NCBI GenBank assembly: GCA_964202905.1
Contig: CAXNJO010000001.1
Location: forward strand, 928,001-992,000
Length of the DNA: 64,000 nucleotides
Origin: Polyangiales bacterium
GTDB taxonomy: Bacteria; Myxococcota_A; Polyangia; Polyangiales; JADJQN01
Direction: 5' to 3'
Below are positions 26,218 to 37,313 of the stretch, piece by piece. The translations under genes were made by a program, and so were the position numbers. The notes under the pieces are model-generated. The model saw nothing but the letters and a program-made list of their open reading frames with translations. It made no database searches and had not been told where the DNA came from. Position 1 is the stretch's first letter. Each line of letters opens with the position of its first letter.

Positions 26218-27081
26218 TCAGCGCAGCGTGGATTCGCGGTCGCTCGATGCGCCGAGGAGATGCGCTGCCCCGACTCCCCCCGCCCGCTCGAGACCGACGG
26301 CCCGCTCGACACGGATGCGCTGCTCGACACGGATGCGCTGCTCGAGACGGGTCGTGGGCTTGTGCGGGGCGAGCTGCGCGGCCGGAGGCGCTGCGACCTG
26401 CACGGCGCCGGGCCCAGAGACGTTCACGCGGACAGGGGCCTGTGCGGGAGGGGCTGCGACCTGCACGGCCCCAGGTTGCGGTGGGGGTCGAACGAGCCCG
26501 GGCCCGCGGAGCACGGGCGTCAAGCGGATGCCGTGTGTCGATCGCACGCCGACGCGCACCCCGATGACGAGCGTACCGCCCTGAAACGCCTGCCCCGCGA
26601 TGAAGAACGGCACGCCGGGCGAGGTCTCGACCGTGACGCCCTGCAAGTAGTCGTTCTGATCGGGGCGGTTGATGGACACACGCACCTGCAATCGCCCGTT
26701 GGGGAGGCGCTGCATGAACGTGATCTGGACGCGCCGGCCGTTGGGCAGCTCGACGGCGGCGGGGCGGCCGACGCCGAGCGTGACCGGGCGGCGCTCGAGC
26801 AGGCGCATCGAGCGGAAGGCGTTGAACGGCGGTTGCCGCAGCGCGGGCTCCTGCGCGAGGTTCGCGTCGATGACGCCGCCCTCCTCGGACGCGAGCACCA
26901 CGAGCACCTCGCCGAGCTGGTCCTGGGCGCGCGCGACGGCCCCCCCCGTGGCGAACGCCGCGAGCGTGACGAGCACGGAGAGCGCCGCGCGCACCGTGGC
27001 CCCGGCGAGGTCCACACCGACGCGCCGCCAAAGCGGAGGGCGCGCGCCGCGCGTGCAGGGGGAGGGCGCGCGGTGCGTCAC
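26218..27081 (-). CDS. hypothetical secreted protein, third gene of the ECF operon
   Basis: GTG overlaps the anti-sigma stop (alternative start 26994); signal-like segment ARA|Q; globular beta-rich core followed by a repetitive tail. Confidence 0.6.
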   Translation of the reverse strand: MTHRAPSPCTRGARPPLWRRVGVDLAGATVRAALSVLVTLAAFATGGAVARAQDQLGEVLVVLASEEGGVIDANLAQEPALRQPPFNAFRSMRLLERRPVTLGVGRPAAVELPNGRRVQITFMQRLPNGRLQVRVSINRPDQNDYLQGVTVETSPGVPFFIAGQAFQGGTLVIGVRVGVRSTHGIRLTPVLRGPGLVRPPPQPGAVQVAAPPAQAPVRVNVSGPGAVQVAAPPAAQLAPHKPTTRLEQRIRVEQRIRVERAVGLERAGGVGAAHLLGASSDRESTLR

Positions 27082-27662
27082 AGCGCGTCCCCCGGGGCTT
27101 CGTCGGCGATCCAGACGACGGCGACGGGCGCCTCGCCCGCGCTGCCCTCGAGCGTGAAGACCGTGCCGGCCGCGCCGTCCGCGAACTCCGCCGAGAGCAC
27201 CTCCGAGCCGCGCAGGGGCTCCTGCCCCGTACCCATCGCTAGGGCCTGCGGCCCGGGCGCGGTCGGTCCGACACGTCCGACGAGGACCGCGAGGATCACG
27301 GCCGCGGCCGCCGCGATCGTCGCCGCGGGGACCCAGACGTGCTTCTTGTGGGCGAGCGTCTCGCTCGCGATCACGCGGAAACGCTCGCCGAAACCGGCCT
27401 TCTCCTGGCGGGCGATGCCCTCGCGCACGGCAGCGAACATGGCGTCGAGCTCGGGCGCTGCGTCCGCCGCGTCCTGCTCCGCCGCCGCGGCGAAGAGCGC
27501 GTGCAGCCGCTCGAGCCGCCGCAGCGACTGCGTGCACGGGCGGCACTCCGCGAGGTGCTGGCGCACGAGCGTCGCTTGGCCCGCGCCGAGTTCGCCGTCG
27601 AAGTGCCGTTGCAGCGTGTCGTCGTCGAGGTGGTCGGACATCGTGGTTTCTCGCGGGGTCAT
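27078..27662 (-). CDS. zinc-finger (ZAS) anti-sigma factor
   Basis: HxxxCxxC motif (HLAECRPC) after FDGEL; a single TM helix; overlaps the sigma gene stop. Confidence 0.85.
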   Translation of the reverse strand: MTPRETTMSDHLDDDTLQRHFDGELGAGQATLVRQHLAECRPCTQSLRRLERLHALFAAAAEQDAADAAPELDAMFAAVREGIARQEKAGFGERFRVIASETLAHKKHVWVPAATIAAAAAVILAVLVGRVGPTAPGPQALAMGTGQEPLRGSEVLSAEFADGAAGTVFTLEGSAGEAPVAVVWIADEAPGDAL

Positions 27663-28468
27663 CCGTCGTTCCCGATGGTCGGATCGCCGTCGATGTAGGG
27701 GTCGAGCGCGGCCTGCATCTTGCGCCGCGCGTGGAAGAGGCGGCTCATGATCGTGCCCTTCGGGACCTTGAGGATCTGCGACATCTCTTCGTACGAGAGG
27801 CCGTCGATCTCGCGCAGCACGATGACCGCGCGGTGGTAGTCGGGGAGGCCGGCGAGGGCGGCCTGAAGCTTCTCCGAGAGTTCGCGGCGCTGGGCCGTGC
27901 GCGCGGGGTTTCCGTCGAGGATGCGGGGCAGCATCCCGCCATCGCCTTCGATCTCGAGCGGATCGCGTCCGATCGCGTCGTCGAAGTCGACGGCGCGGTT
28001 CTTGTGCTTGCGGACGTGGTCGATCGCGAGGTTCATGAGGATCCGGTAGAGCCACGTGTAGAAGCTCGAGCTGCCCTGGAAGCTGCCGAGGTGGCGGTGG
28101 ACCTTGATGAACGCTTCCTGCGTGACGTCGAGCGCGTCCTGCTTGTTCTTGACGACGCCGAGCGCGACCGCGTACGCGCGCCGCTGGTAGCGGTCGAAGA
28201 GCTGTCGGAACGCGACCTGATCGCCGCGCTGCGCGCGCTCGACCAGGAGGCGATCGAGCTCTCGGTCGGCTTCGCGCTCCGGGGCGAGGGCCCGCGCGCC
28301 GCGCACGGGGCCACCGGGGGCGGCGTCGGGGCCGCCATCCGGGCGGGGTGCTGCTGGGTCGTCCACGAGGGCACCGGGGTCTTCCTCCGGGCCGTTCGAC
28401 GCGGGCTCGTCCGGTTCATTCACCGGGTCGACGGCCGCGACCGAGGCCTCGTGCGCGCCCGGTTTCAT
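27659..28468 (-). CDS. ECF RNA polymerase sigma factor
   Basis: Region 2 DALDVTQEAFIK...SSFYTWLYRI..N; region 4 LREIDGLSYEEMS..LKVPKGTIMSRLFHAR. Start uncertain. Confidence 0.93.
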   Translation of the reverse strand: MKPGAHEASVAAVDPVNEPDEPASNGPEEDPGALVDDPAAPRPDGGPDAAPGGPVRGARALAPEREADRELDRLLVERAQRGDQVAFRQLFDRYQRRAYAVALGVVKNKQDALDVTQEAFIKVHRHLGSFQGSSSFYTWLYRILMNLAIDHVRKHKNRAVDFDDAIGRDPLEIEGDGGMLPRILDGNPARTAQRRELSEKLQAALAGLPDYHRAVIVLREIDGLSYEEMSQILKVPKGTIMSRLFHARRKMQAALDPYIDGDPTIGNDG

Positions 28469-28676
28469 CGCGGCCCTTGTAGCACAGGCCGCCGACCCGA
28501 CGCGCGTGCGGAGTCGGCCCCGCACAGCCACGCACCGGCCGTCCTCCCGTCGCCGGACCGTCGCTGTTCCGCCGTCGGACCGCCGCTGCCCGCCCGCCGT
28601 TCCGCCGATCCCCGCGCGCAACCCCTCGGGATCACACGCGCAAACCCCGGCACGTGCGCTGCTCGTCGTCCGGCGC

Positions 28677-29513
28677 ATGCCCCGCTCCTCGCCGCCCACG
28701 CCCACGCCCACGCCCACGCCCATGCCGCCGCGCCGTCCCGCGACGGAGCCGCACGGGGGGAACACCCGTCCGCGTCGCGTCGCGCGCGCGCTCCATGGTC
28801 CGACCCCGCCCGTCGTCGGGCGCGCAGCGCCGACCGCAGCCCGCAGCGACGGTCCGCGTGAGCGGCTCGCCCGGGTCGGTCCGGAGTCCTTGAGCGACGC
28901 GGAGCTCGTCGCGCTGCTGCTCGGGACAGGTGCGCGCGGTCTGCCCGTCGAGGTGCTCGCGGCCTCGATGCTCGCCGAGCGGGGCGGGCTCTCGGGCCTC
29001 GAGCGTACAGGCCTCGGCGCGCTCGCCGCGCGGACCGGGGTGGGGGAGGGCAAGGCGTGCCGGCTGCTCGCCGCGGTCGAGGTGGGGCGTCGCGTCGGCG
29101 CGTCGCCGCTCGCACGCGGGGCGCGCCTCGGCTCGAGCCGCGACATCGACGCGGCGCTGCGTCCGCGGCTCGCACGCGCCGAGGTCGAGCATTTCCTCGC
29201 GATCCCGCTCGACGTGAAGAATCGGCCGATGGGCGAGCTGCGCATCGCGACGGGCGGGCAGAGCGTCTGTCCCGTCGCGCCGAGCGACGTCTTCCGCGCG
29301 CTGCTCCGAGAGTCGGCCGCGGGCGTCGTGTTCGTGCACAACCACCCGAGCGGCGACCCCGCGCCGAGCCGCGACGACCAACTCATCACGGAGCGCCTCG
29401 TGCGTGCCGGGGAGCTGCTCGGCGTGCGCGTGCTCGACCACGTGATCGTCGCGCGCGAGGGCTACTTCAGCTTCCTGGACGCCGGGCTGTTGCGCGAGAC
29501 GGAGGCGTCGTGA
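28677..29513 (+). CDS. radC: RadC/JAB-domain protein
   Basis: PRERL...LSDAELVALLLGTG, HhH motif GVGEGKA, JAB motif VHNHPSGDPAPSRDD, and VLDHVIV. Start uncertain. Confidence 0.92.
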   Translation: MPRSSPPTPTPTPTPMPPRRPATEPHGGNTRPRRVARALHGPTPPVVGRAAPTAARSDGPRERLARVGPESLSDAELVALLLGTGARGLPVEVLAASMLAERGGLSGLERTGLGALAARTGVGEGKACRLLAAVEVGRRVGASPLARGARLGSSRDIDAALRPRLARAEVEHFLAIPLDVKNRPMGELRIATGGQSVCPVAPSDVFRALLRESAAGVVFVHNHPSGDPAPSRDDQLITERLVRAGELLGVRVLDHVIVAREGYFSFLDAGLLRETEAS

Positions 29514-29702
29514 GCGCGCTGCTCCTCGGACTCGCGCTGCACGTCGTCGCCTGTGCGTCGCGACCGGTCGCGTCCCCCGCTTGCCCCGCGCCGCCCGCCC
29601 GTGCGCTCGATCAACCCGGGCCGCCCGGGCCGCCAAGGCCTGTCGTCGCCCCGCGCCGCGGTGCGCGTGTGCTCGCGGTGCCGGCAGCGTCGGGGCGTGA
29701 GC

Positions 29703-29728
29703 GAGACAGCCAGCCGGCTGGCTGTCTC
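29703..29728. repeat. perfect 26-bp palindrome GAGACAGCCAGCC/GGCTGGCTGTCTC
   Basis: Read directly from the sequence; related to 31266-31285 and 62227-62249. Confidence 0.85.
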
Positions 29729-29977
29729 TCCGTGATCGCGCCCGCTCTTCGCGGCGTCCGTGTGTCGGTCGCGCATGTGGAACACGCCGAATTCGCAGAT
29801 GGCCCCATCCATGTCGGCGGCGATGTTCGTGGGCATCTCGGCGCCGAGTTCAGCGGCGACGTCCATGTCGGCGTCGGGCGACTTGCGCGCACGATGCGGT
29901 GACGCGTTTGGCCCCCGGGGTTTCTTCCGCGCACGCGGCGCGCAACCGAGGATGGCGAGGCCCTGCGGGCCAGGAGG

Positions 29978-31261
29978 ATGGGAATCATGATGTCAAGGCA
30001 GAGTCGAAGAGCGAGGCGGTTCGTATGCGGGGCGAGGTTCGGCGCTGCGTGGACGATCGTCGTGTGTGGTGTGCTGGTCGCGGCCGGTTGCGCGACGCGT
30101 GACGAGTCGGTCGCGCCGCCGCTCGACGCCGGGCTGCACGACGCGACGCACGCGGACGCCATGCTCGCGGACGCGGGCGAGGCCGCGCGCGATGCGGACG
30201 CGCAGATCGACGCATCCCGCGACGCGGGCGACGACGACGCAGGCGCGCTCGCGTCGCGCTGCGCCCTGCCCCCGACGTATGCAGAGCTGCGCTTCACGCC
30301 CTGGCTCGTGGTCCTCGGGCGCGAGGCGCTCGCTGACGCGTCCGCCGCGCCGCCCGGAAGCATCCGTGAGGCGCAGCTCATCGACGCCGTCGCGGCGACG
30401 GGTGTGCGCGTCGCGTCTGCGGCGGAGGCGATCCGCGCGACGGACGACGACGCCTTCGACGTGCTCACGCTGCTCGACATTGGGACGCGCCGCACCTTCG
30501 AGGTCGTCACGGCGACGTATGGCGACAGCCGCTACGGCCGTGTCTTCGACGCCGACGGCCCCCTCGTCGTTGCGACGATCACGGACTCCGACGTCGGCGC
30601 ATGCACCGTGGAGCGCGGCCTCGAGGGGACGCCGTGTGCGGATGCGACGCCCTGTGCGCCCGGGATCTGCCTCGGCGTCGTGCGCGAGGAGGTCTGTGTC
30701 GACGGCGTCTGCACGCCCACCGACGTCGTGCTCGGCGAAGGGCGCTGCGTGCGCACGCGCGTGCCCGACGAGCGGCCCTCGCGCGGGGCGACGTGCACCG
30801 GAGACGCCACCTGTCCGCGCGCCGAGGGGCTCACGTGCAGCCTGCTCGGCGACGGACCGGACGCGGTCGGCTTCTGCGAGGACGCGTGGCTGCGCCGCCG
30901 CTTTGCCTTCGAGGGTGCAGCGATCGAGGGCGCGGTGACGACGATTCCGCTCGTCGTCTCCGGCGTCGCGAGCGTCTCGCTGCGCACGACGCTGAGCGCG
31001 GTGATCAGCCACCCACGCCCGGCCGATCTCACCGTCTCGCTCCAGCACCCCGGTGGCGGCTCGAGCGCCGTCGTCTTCGCGGATCCGGGCGCGACGGGCA
31101 CGGAGATCGTGCTCCGCGACGTGCGCGCGCTGCTCCCGTCCGACGAGGGGATCAACGGGACGTGGTCGCTCCTCGTGGAAGATGCGGGCGGCAGCGTACT
31201 CCCCCCTGGCAGCGCCTTCGCCTTCGGCCTCGAGCTCGAGGTCGCGAGTTGGTTCGATTGA
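29978..31261 (+). CDS. Cys-rich lipoprotein with C-terminal proprotein-convertase P domain
   Basis: RBS AGGAGG; lipobox AAGC; DAG linker; P-domain motifs ISHPRPADLTVSLQHP and INGTWSLLVED. Confidence 0.75.
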   Translation: MGIMMSRQSRRARRFVCGARFGAAWTIVVCGVLVAAGCATRDESVAPPLDAGLHDATHADAMLADAGEAARDADAQIDASRDAGDDDAGALASRCALPPTYAELRFTPWLVVLGREALADASAAPPGSIREAQLIDAVAATGVRVASAAEAIRATDDDAFDVLTLLDIGTRRTFEVVTATYGDSRYGRVFDADGPLVVATITDSDVGACTVERGLEGTPCADATPCAPGICLGVVREEVCVDGVCTPTDVVLGEGRCVRTRVPDERPSRGATCTGDATCPRAEGLTCSLLGDGPDAVGFCEDAWLRRRFAFEGAAIEGAVTTIPLVVSGVASVSLRTTLSAVISHPRPADLTVSLQHPGGGSSAVVFADPGATGTEIVLRDVRALLPSDEGINGTWSLLVEDAGGSVLPPGSAFAFGLELEVASWFD

Positions 31262-31265
31262 CGAC

Positions 31266-31285
31266 AGACAGCCGGCCGGCTGTCT
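31266..31285. repeat. perfect 20-bp palindrome AGACAGCCGG/CCGGCTGTCT between convergent genes
   Basis: Read directly from the sequence; could act as a bidirectional terminator hairpin or a REP-like element. Confidence 0.8.
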
Positions 31286-31300
31286 CCGAACCCGGCGTCC

Positions 31301-32608
31301 TCAGAACCAGCTCGTCGCGCCGAGCGTGACCGTATCCTGCGCGGCGCGGTTCGGCGCGTAGGGCATCGTCAGGCCGTCTCCGGTGACGTCGCCGCCGAAG
31401 TAGAGATTCGCGCCGGCCTGATCGTGCCGGTATTCGAGGCGGATCGAGACGCGCGCGTGCGGGCGGTAGTCGAGCGTCGCCGTGCCGGAGGCAACCCACA
31501 GCGCGGGGAAGAAGATCGGCGTCGCGCGCCCCGCCGCACCCGCGGCGACGCGCTCGTGGAAGGCGTCGCCGCGGAGGGCGACCCACCACTGCGCCGCGAT
31601 GCGGAAGCGCGCCGCGAGCGCGCCTGCGACCCACCCGCTCAGGCCGAACGCGTTCGGCTCGAGGCCGCCGTCGACGTGCGCAAGGAGCGAGAGCCGAGGC
31701 GTCGCGTGCCACGTCGCGTAGGCGTCGAGCAGATGGCGGAGCGCGCGACCCTCGGGGGCGCCGCGCGGCCGCTCGACGCCGCCGAAGTAGAGGACGGACA
31801 CGGAGAGAGCGTCGTGCGCGTACGCGAGCTGCGCCGACACCGACTTCTCGTCGTTGCCGTCGACGACGGAGTTCCAGCCGTTGTAGACGGCGAGCGACAC
31901 GGTCCACGCCTCGTCGAGGGCGAGCGCGGCGCGCGCACCCGCATGATAGAAGGGCAGCCCGAAGAAGAGATTCGAGCGCGACCAATTCCACGAGTCGCGG
32001 ACAGGGATCGATTCAGGACCGATCGGTGACAGGAAGAGCCCCGCGCTCACCGTCAGCCCGCGCGCGACGCCGAAGCGATAGCCGGCGTAGGCCTGCTGCA
32101 CGTACTTCCACAACTCCGGGCCCGTCGCGCCCGTCGCGTCGGTGCCGGGCGCGCGGGGTTCGGCGAGATAGTAGGTCGAGGGCGTGTGTCCGACCTGCAG
32201 CGCCACGCGTCCGACGAGGCCCTCGTAGTCCCACGCCGCCTCGAGCGCGACGTTCGAGAGCGTGAAGGTGTTGTGGCGGTTGTCGAAGCCGCGGAAATTC
32301 GTGATCCCGTTCGACGGTGCGGCGAAGTTCCACGTGTAGAGCGCTTCGGCATAGCCGCTCAGTACGAAGGGTGTGGCCGTTGTCGCAGCCGATGCGGAAG
32401 GCGCGTCCCAGCGCGCGTCGCCCCCGGTTCCGACGTCGCTTGCGTCGCCGTGTGCGTCGAGCGCGCGCGCACGGCGCTCTCCCTCGGAGGCGGTGGTGGC
32501 GGTGTGCGCCGACGCGTGTGCCGCGTCCGTTCCCTGCGCATGGGCGGCACCGATGACGGTGAGCGGCAGCGTCAGCAGCAGGACGAGTCCGAAGAGAGCG
32601 ACGCGCAT
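31301..32608 (-). CDS. outer-membrane beta-barrel porin (DUF1597/BBP2-like)
   Basis: Signal peptide; [45 protein letters not shown] and RLEYRHD; C-terminal F. Confidence 0.85.
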   Translation of the reverse strand: MRVALFGLVLLLTLPLTVIGAAHAQGTDAAHASAHTATTASEGERRARALDAHGDASDVGTGGDARWDAPSASAATTATPFVLSGYAEALYTWNFAAPSNGITNFRGFDNRHNTFTLSNVALEAAWDYEGLVGRVALQVGHTPSTYYLAEPRAPGTDATGATGPELWKYVQQAYAGYRFGVARGLTVSAGLFLSPIGPESIPVRDSWNWSRSNLFFGLPFYHAGARAALALDEAWTVSLAVYNGWNSVVDGNDEKSVSAQLAYAHDALSVSVLYFGGVERPRGAPEGRALRHLLDAYATWHATPRLSLLAHVDGGLEPNAFGLSGWVAGALAARFRIAAQWWVALRGDAFHERVAAGAAGRATPIFFPALWVASGTATLDYRPHARVSIRLEYRHDQAGANLYFGGDVTGDGLTMPYAPNRAAQDTVTLGATSWF

Positions 32609-32627
32609 GGCCCCATTCTTCGCACAC

Positions 32628-32789
32628 TCAGTCGTTGTGGCGCGCGCGATGGCGGAGCTCCGTCCGTTCCACCGTGCGCAGCGGGAACGAGACCACGAAG
32701 AACAGGAACCCGACGAGCACGCCCTTGATCGCGGACCCGACCCGCTCGAACCGGGAGACGTGTGCCGTCCGTGTGTACGGGGCTGCCAT
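32628..32789 (-). pseudogene. truncated TMEM43-family gene remnant
   Basis: [37 protein letters not shown] resembles the N-terminus of bacterial TMEM43 proteins. WNGR continues in a shifted frame, then the sequence runs into the porin gene. Confidence 0.55.
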
Positions 32790-32974
32790 CGTTCGCTCCC
32801 GCGCCGGATGGGAGGGCGCACGAAGCGCGCCCCCCTTGGCATGGCGGTGGAGGCCACGCGAGCCGTGGTCGGATGTCAGCGCCCGTGGCCGCGACGTGCA
32901 GCGGCGTACCGTGCCGGGTCGTCGTTTCGGAGCGTTTCGGTACGGAAGGGCCGCGGGATCACCCTGCGCGTCGC

Positions 32975-33003
32975 TTGACACCCCGGAGGCTGCATGCTCT
33001 CTT
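32975..33003 (+). promoter_or_regulatory. putative rpmH promoter
   Basis: TTGACA at 32975-32980, with a weak TG-extended -10 at 17-bp spacing. Confidence 0.4.
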
Positions 33004-33054
33004 CCGCCTCCCCCGCGCGGCCATCCGCTCGTGGCCCCCTCGGAGGATGCAGTC

Positions 33055-33204
33055 GTGAAGCGCACTTATCAGCCCCACCGCACGCGTCGTTTGCGCACCC
33101 ACGGGTTCCGCGCGCGCTGCAAGTCGAAGAACGGTCTCAAGGTGCTCGCTGCCCGTCGTCGCAAGGGCCGTCACCGCTTGACCGTGACGACCTACAAGAA
33201 GTGA
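33055..33204 (+). CDS. rpmH: 50S ribosomal protein L34
   Basis: [21 protein letters not shown]...[18 protein letters not shown] start after GGAGG. Confidence 0.97.
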   Translation: MKRTYQPHRTRRLRTHGFRARCKSKNGLKVLAARRRKGRHRLTVTTYKK

Positions 33205-33803
33205 GTCATGCGCCGGGCTCCCGCGGAGCCGGTCGTTGGCCGGCCTCCCGCAGGGTGCCCCGTCCAGGGGCGCCCGGCGCAGCAGCTTTCGGTTCCGTCC
33301 AGCGTGAGGTTTTGGCCTGCGACGGGGCCGGAGCCGAGGGCGCACGTCTCGAGACGCCGCGCGCCCGACCCACGCACCGCGCGGACCGCGTGCGGCGGCA
33401 TTCGGAATATCGGCTCATCCAATCGCGTGGGCGGCGCGTGCACAGTGCGCACTACGTGTGGATCGTGATGCCCCGGCTTCCCGCACCCGCTGGAGAAGCC
33501 CGTCGCATCCGTGACGGAGCGCCGCCGGGCGCGCACCCCACGGGCGCCCGGCTCGGCATCACGATGACCCGCAAGGCGATGCCGCGCGCCGTCGCGCGCA
33601 ACCGCGCACGCCGCGTCCTGCGCGAGGTGTTTCGCTTGGACGCTGCGCTGTTTCCGGCGGGATGCGACGTCGTCGTGGTCGGGCGGGCGGGCGCCGAGGA
33701 ACTCGGCTACGCGGATGCGCTCGCGGAAGTCCGCGGCATCGCGCCGAAACTCGCGGCAGCGGCCCGCAGCGGGACACCGCGTTCGGGCGAGCGGCGGGGA
33801 TGA
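33201..33803 (+). CDS. rnpA: ribonuclease P protein component
   Basis: [26 protein letters not shown] (RNR motif) and DVVVVGR; lies after rpmH. In-frame GTG at 33201 overlaps the rpmH stop; the true start may be later. Confidence 0.9.
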   Translation: MSHAPGSRGAGRWPASRRVPRPGAPGAAAFGSVQREVLACDGAGAEGARLETPRARPTHRADRVRRHSEYRLIQSRGRRVHSAHYVWIVMPRLPAPAGEARRIRDGAPPGAHPTGARLGITMTRKAMPRAVARNRARRVLREVFRLDAALFPAGCDVVVVGRAGAEELGYADALAEVRGIAPKLAAAARSGTPRSGERRG

Positions 33804-33806
33804 GCC

Positions 33807-34061
33807 TTGCTCGCGCGCTTCTTCCTCTTCCTCATTCGCGTCTATTGGTGGACGCTCTCGCCGGTCGTCGGGGGCGTCTGTCGGTTCCATCCGACGTGCT
33901 CGCGCTACACCGCGGCCTGCATCGAGCGCTTCGGCGCGATCCGTGGCACGTGGCTCGGCGTCCGGCGAATCGCGCGCTGCCACCCGTTTCACCCGGGCGG
34001 TTTCGACCCGCCCCCCGAACTTCCCGCTTCCTCCAACCCTGAGCCGGCGCCGGACGCCTGA
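33807..34061 (+). CDS. yidD: membrane protein insertion efficiency factor
   Basis: [10 protein letters not shown]...[18 protein letters not shown] start. Confidence 0.95.
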   Translation: MLARFFLFLIRVYWWTLSPVVGGVCRFHPTCSRYTAACIERFGAIRGTWLGVRRIARCHPFHPGGFDPPPELPASSNPEPAPDA

Positions 34062-34068
34062 GAACCCG

Positions 34069-35852
34069 ATGGACGACTCCCAGAAGCGGTCGCTGCTCGT
34101 CGTTGCGGCCGTCACCGTGGCGGCCCTCGCCAGCTGGTTCCTGTTCGTGCCGCCCGGAGCCGCCGACGCGCCCGCCGACGGCACCTGCGGCCGGCGACCG
34201 TCCGCGTCCCGGTGATGCCGGTGGCTCGGCGACGGTCGACGAGTCGCAGCGACGCGCGCGACTCGCGGCGCAGCGCACCGCGACGATCGAGACGCCGGAG
34301 TTCCGCGCGACCTTCTCGAACCTCAACACCGGCCTCGTCGGCTTCACGCTGAAGGGCGAGCGCTTCACGGCCGAGGTCGAGGGCACCGAGCGTCGCGCGC
34401 CGATCGACCTCGTCACGACCGACAAGGAGCAGTATTACCCGCTGCGCCTCGAGGTCGGCGGGGTGCCGATCCCGGCGGACGCGGTGTGGGCGCTCGAGCA
34501 GCTTTCGCCCACGGCCGTGCGGTTCTCGTGGGAGGGCGCGGGCTTCCGCGTCGCCCGGAAGATCGAGGCTGGGCGCGGGCCGTTCCAGCTGTGGTCGACG
34601 GTGCGCGTTACCAACCTCGGCACCGCGTCGCGCCCGGTGCGCGTGAACACGTGGACGTACCACTACGTGAAGCGCGCGGACGAGGGCGGCGGCTTCCTCG
34701 GCGCGCGCTCGCCCGCGATCAGCCAGGGGATCTGCGCGGCCTCCGAGGGCACGAAACGTTTCGACCGCAAGGACCTCCTCGCGGCCCACACGCTGCAGCG
34801 CGCGGGCTTCGCAGGCACGGAGAGCACCTACTTCGCGACCCTCCTCGCGGCCGATCGCGGCGTGGCCGATTTCTGCACGCTCAAGACCACCGACCGCTTC
34901 GCCGGCGGGGAGGAGCACGGCAGCCTCTTCGAGGCACGCCTCGCGCATCCGCGCGCCGCGGTCGCGCCCGGCGGGACGAGCGTCGTCCGGACGCTCGCGT
35001 ACGTCGGGCCGAAGGACGGCGCGCTCCTCGCGCAGGCTGGTCACGGCCTGACGGACGCGGTCGATCTCGGATTTTTCTCGATCATCGCCCGCGCGATGGT
35101 CCGGCTCCTCGGGTTCATCCACGGCTTCGTCGGCAACTGGGGCCTCGCCATCATCCTGATGACGTTGTGCGTGAAGCTCGTGCTCTTCCCGCTGACGCTC
35201 TCGCAGCTCCGCAGCATGGCGAAGATGCGCCAGCTCAAGCCTGAGCTCGACAAGCTGAACGACCTCTACGGCGACGACCGCGAGAAGAAGGGCGCCGCCA
35301 CGATGGAGCTCTACCGGCGGCACGGCGTGAATCCCGTGGCCGGTTGCCTGCCGTCGCTCGCGCAACTGCCGGTGTGGTGGGCGCTCTACACGTCGCTCTC
35401 GACGAACCTCGCGCTCTTCCACATGCCGTTCGCGCTCTGGCTGACGGATCTCACGTCGCCGGACCCGTACTTCATCATGCCGCTCGCGCTCGGCGTGCTC
35501 ATGTGGGTGCAGCAGCGGATGACGCCGACGACGATGGACCCCGCGCAGGCGAAGATCATGCAGTGGATGATGCCGGTGATGATCACCGCCTTCATGTTGT
35601 TCCTGCCGCAGGGTCTGACGCTCTACATGTTCACGAACTCGGCGCTCGGTATCGCGCAGCAGAGGTACATCGAGTATCGTCTCGCGAAGACGACCGGGGC
35701 GGCCGAGGCCGCGACGGTGGTGGGCGACAGCGCGCCGCCCTCCGGGGCGGCGGGTGCAGGTGGGTCGAAGGCCGTCGGACCCGGGACCGCCCAGCAGGCT
35801 GCTGGTGCGGGGAAGAAGCCCGGCAAGGCTGGCAGCGCGCGGAGGACGGGCC

Positions 35853-35860
<8 letters not shown>
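34069..35860 (+). CDS. yidC: membrane protein insertase YidC (frameshift ~34185)
   Basis: N-terminal MDDSQKRSLL + TM helix in one frame; GNWGLAIILMT..VKLVLFPL, NPVAGCLP, WLTDLTSPDPYFIMP and GLTLY in the next. Confidence 0.95.
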
Positions 35861-36590
<730 letters not shown>

Positions 36591-36653
36591 TTTCGCTGCG
36601 CGGTCGTTCGGCGATCGCGCGACGGCTCACCGCGCTGCCCGGGGACGTGGGCG

Positions 36654-37313
36654 TCAGCCGCGCGTGTACGCTGTGATCGCGCGGGGCGCGCCGGTGCGCG
36701 GCAGCGTGTAGTGCGCCGCGTGGGCGATCGATGCGTCGGCCGGGGGGGCGGGGGCGGTTTCGGTCGCGGTCAGCACGAGCGCGCGCGTCGCGAGGCCCAG
36801 CCCGAGCGGGAGCCAGGTCGCGGGGGCGAAGGTCGCGCGGGCGAGCGCCACGTCGAAGGGTGCGCCCGCGGCTGCCGGGGACCCGGGATCGAGGCGGCCT
36901 TCGCGCACCTCGACGCGCCCGGCGAGCCCGTCGAGAGAGCCGACGACCGTGCGCAGGAAGGCGACGCGCTTGCGAAGCGGCTCCACGAGCACGAGCGCGA
37001 GATCGGGCCGCAGGAGCGCGAGGGGCAGGGCGGGGGCGCCGGCGCCCGAGCCGATGTCGAGCACCCGCGCGGCGTCGGGCACCAGCGCGCGATCGTGCAG
37101 CACGAGCGCGTCGGCGAAGAGCACCTCGCAGAGTTGCTCGGGCGTGCGCGCGGCGGTGAGGTCGATGCGTGCGTTCCAGCGCGCCACGAGCTCGGCGAAC
37201 GCGGCGAGCGCCCCGCGCGCGGCGTCAGGCACGGGGCGACCCAGTGCCGCGCCGAGCGCATCGAGCGCGCCTGCGTCCCGCGCCGCGACGAAGGCCGGGC
37301 CGGCCGCGCTCAA
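36654..37313 (-). CDS. rsmG: 16S rRNA m7G527 methyltransferase
   Basis: [31 protein letters not shown] and ARA motifs. Confidence 0.9.
   Translation of the reverse strand: MSAAGPAFVAARDAGALDALGAALGRPVPDAARGALAAFAELVARWNARIDLTAARTPEQLCEVLFADALVLHDRALVPDAARVLDIGSGAGAPALPLALLRPDLALVLVEPLRKRVAFLRTVVGSLDGLAGRVEVREGRLDPGSPAAAGAPFDVALARATFAPATWLPLGLGLATRALVLTATETAPAPPADASIAHAAHYTLPRTGAPRAITAYTRG

Noticed and set aside
28677..29513. radC as a marker of a mobile or anti-defence element
   Set aside because: It is the full-length form with N-terminal and HhH regions typical of chromosomal radC, and no integrase or transposase is nearby.
29510..29902. Possible CDS overlapping the radC stop (VSALLLGLALHVVAC...)
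   Set aside because: It has a lipobox-like start, but the rest is low-complexity, shows weak codon bias and runs through the 26-bp palindrome, so it is not supportable as a gene.
32790..33054. oriC next to rpmH
   Set aside because: No DnaA boxes, no AT-rich unwinding region and no dnaA gene visible.
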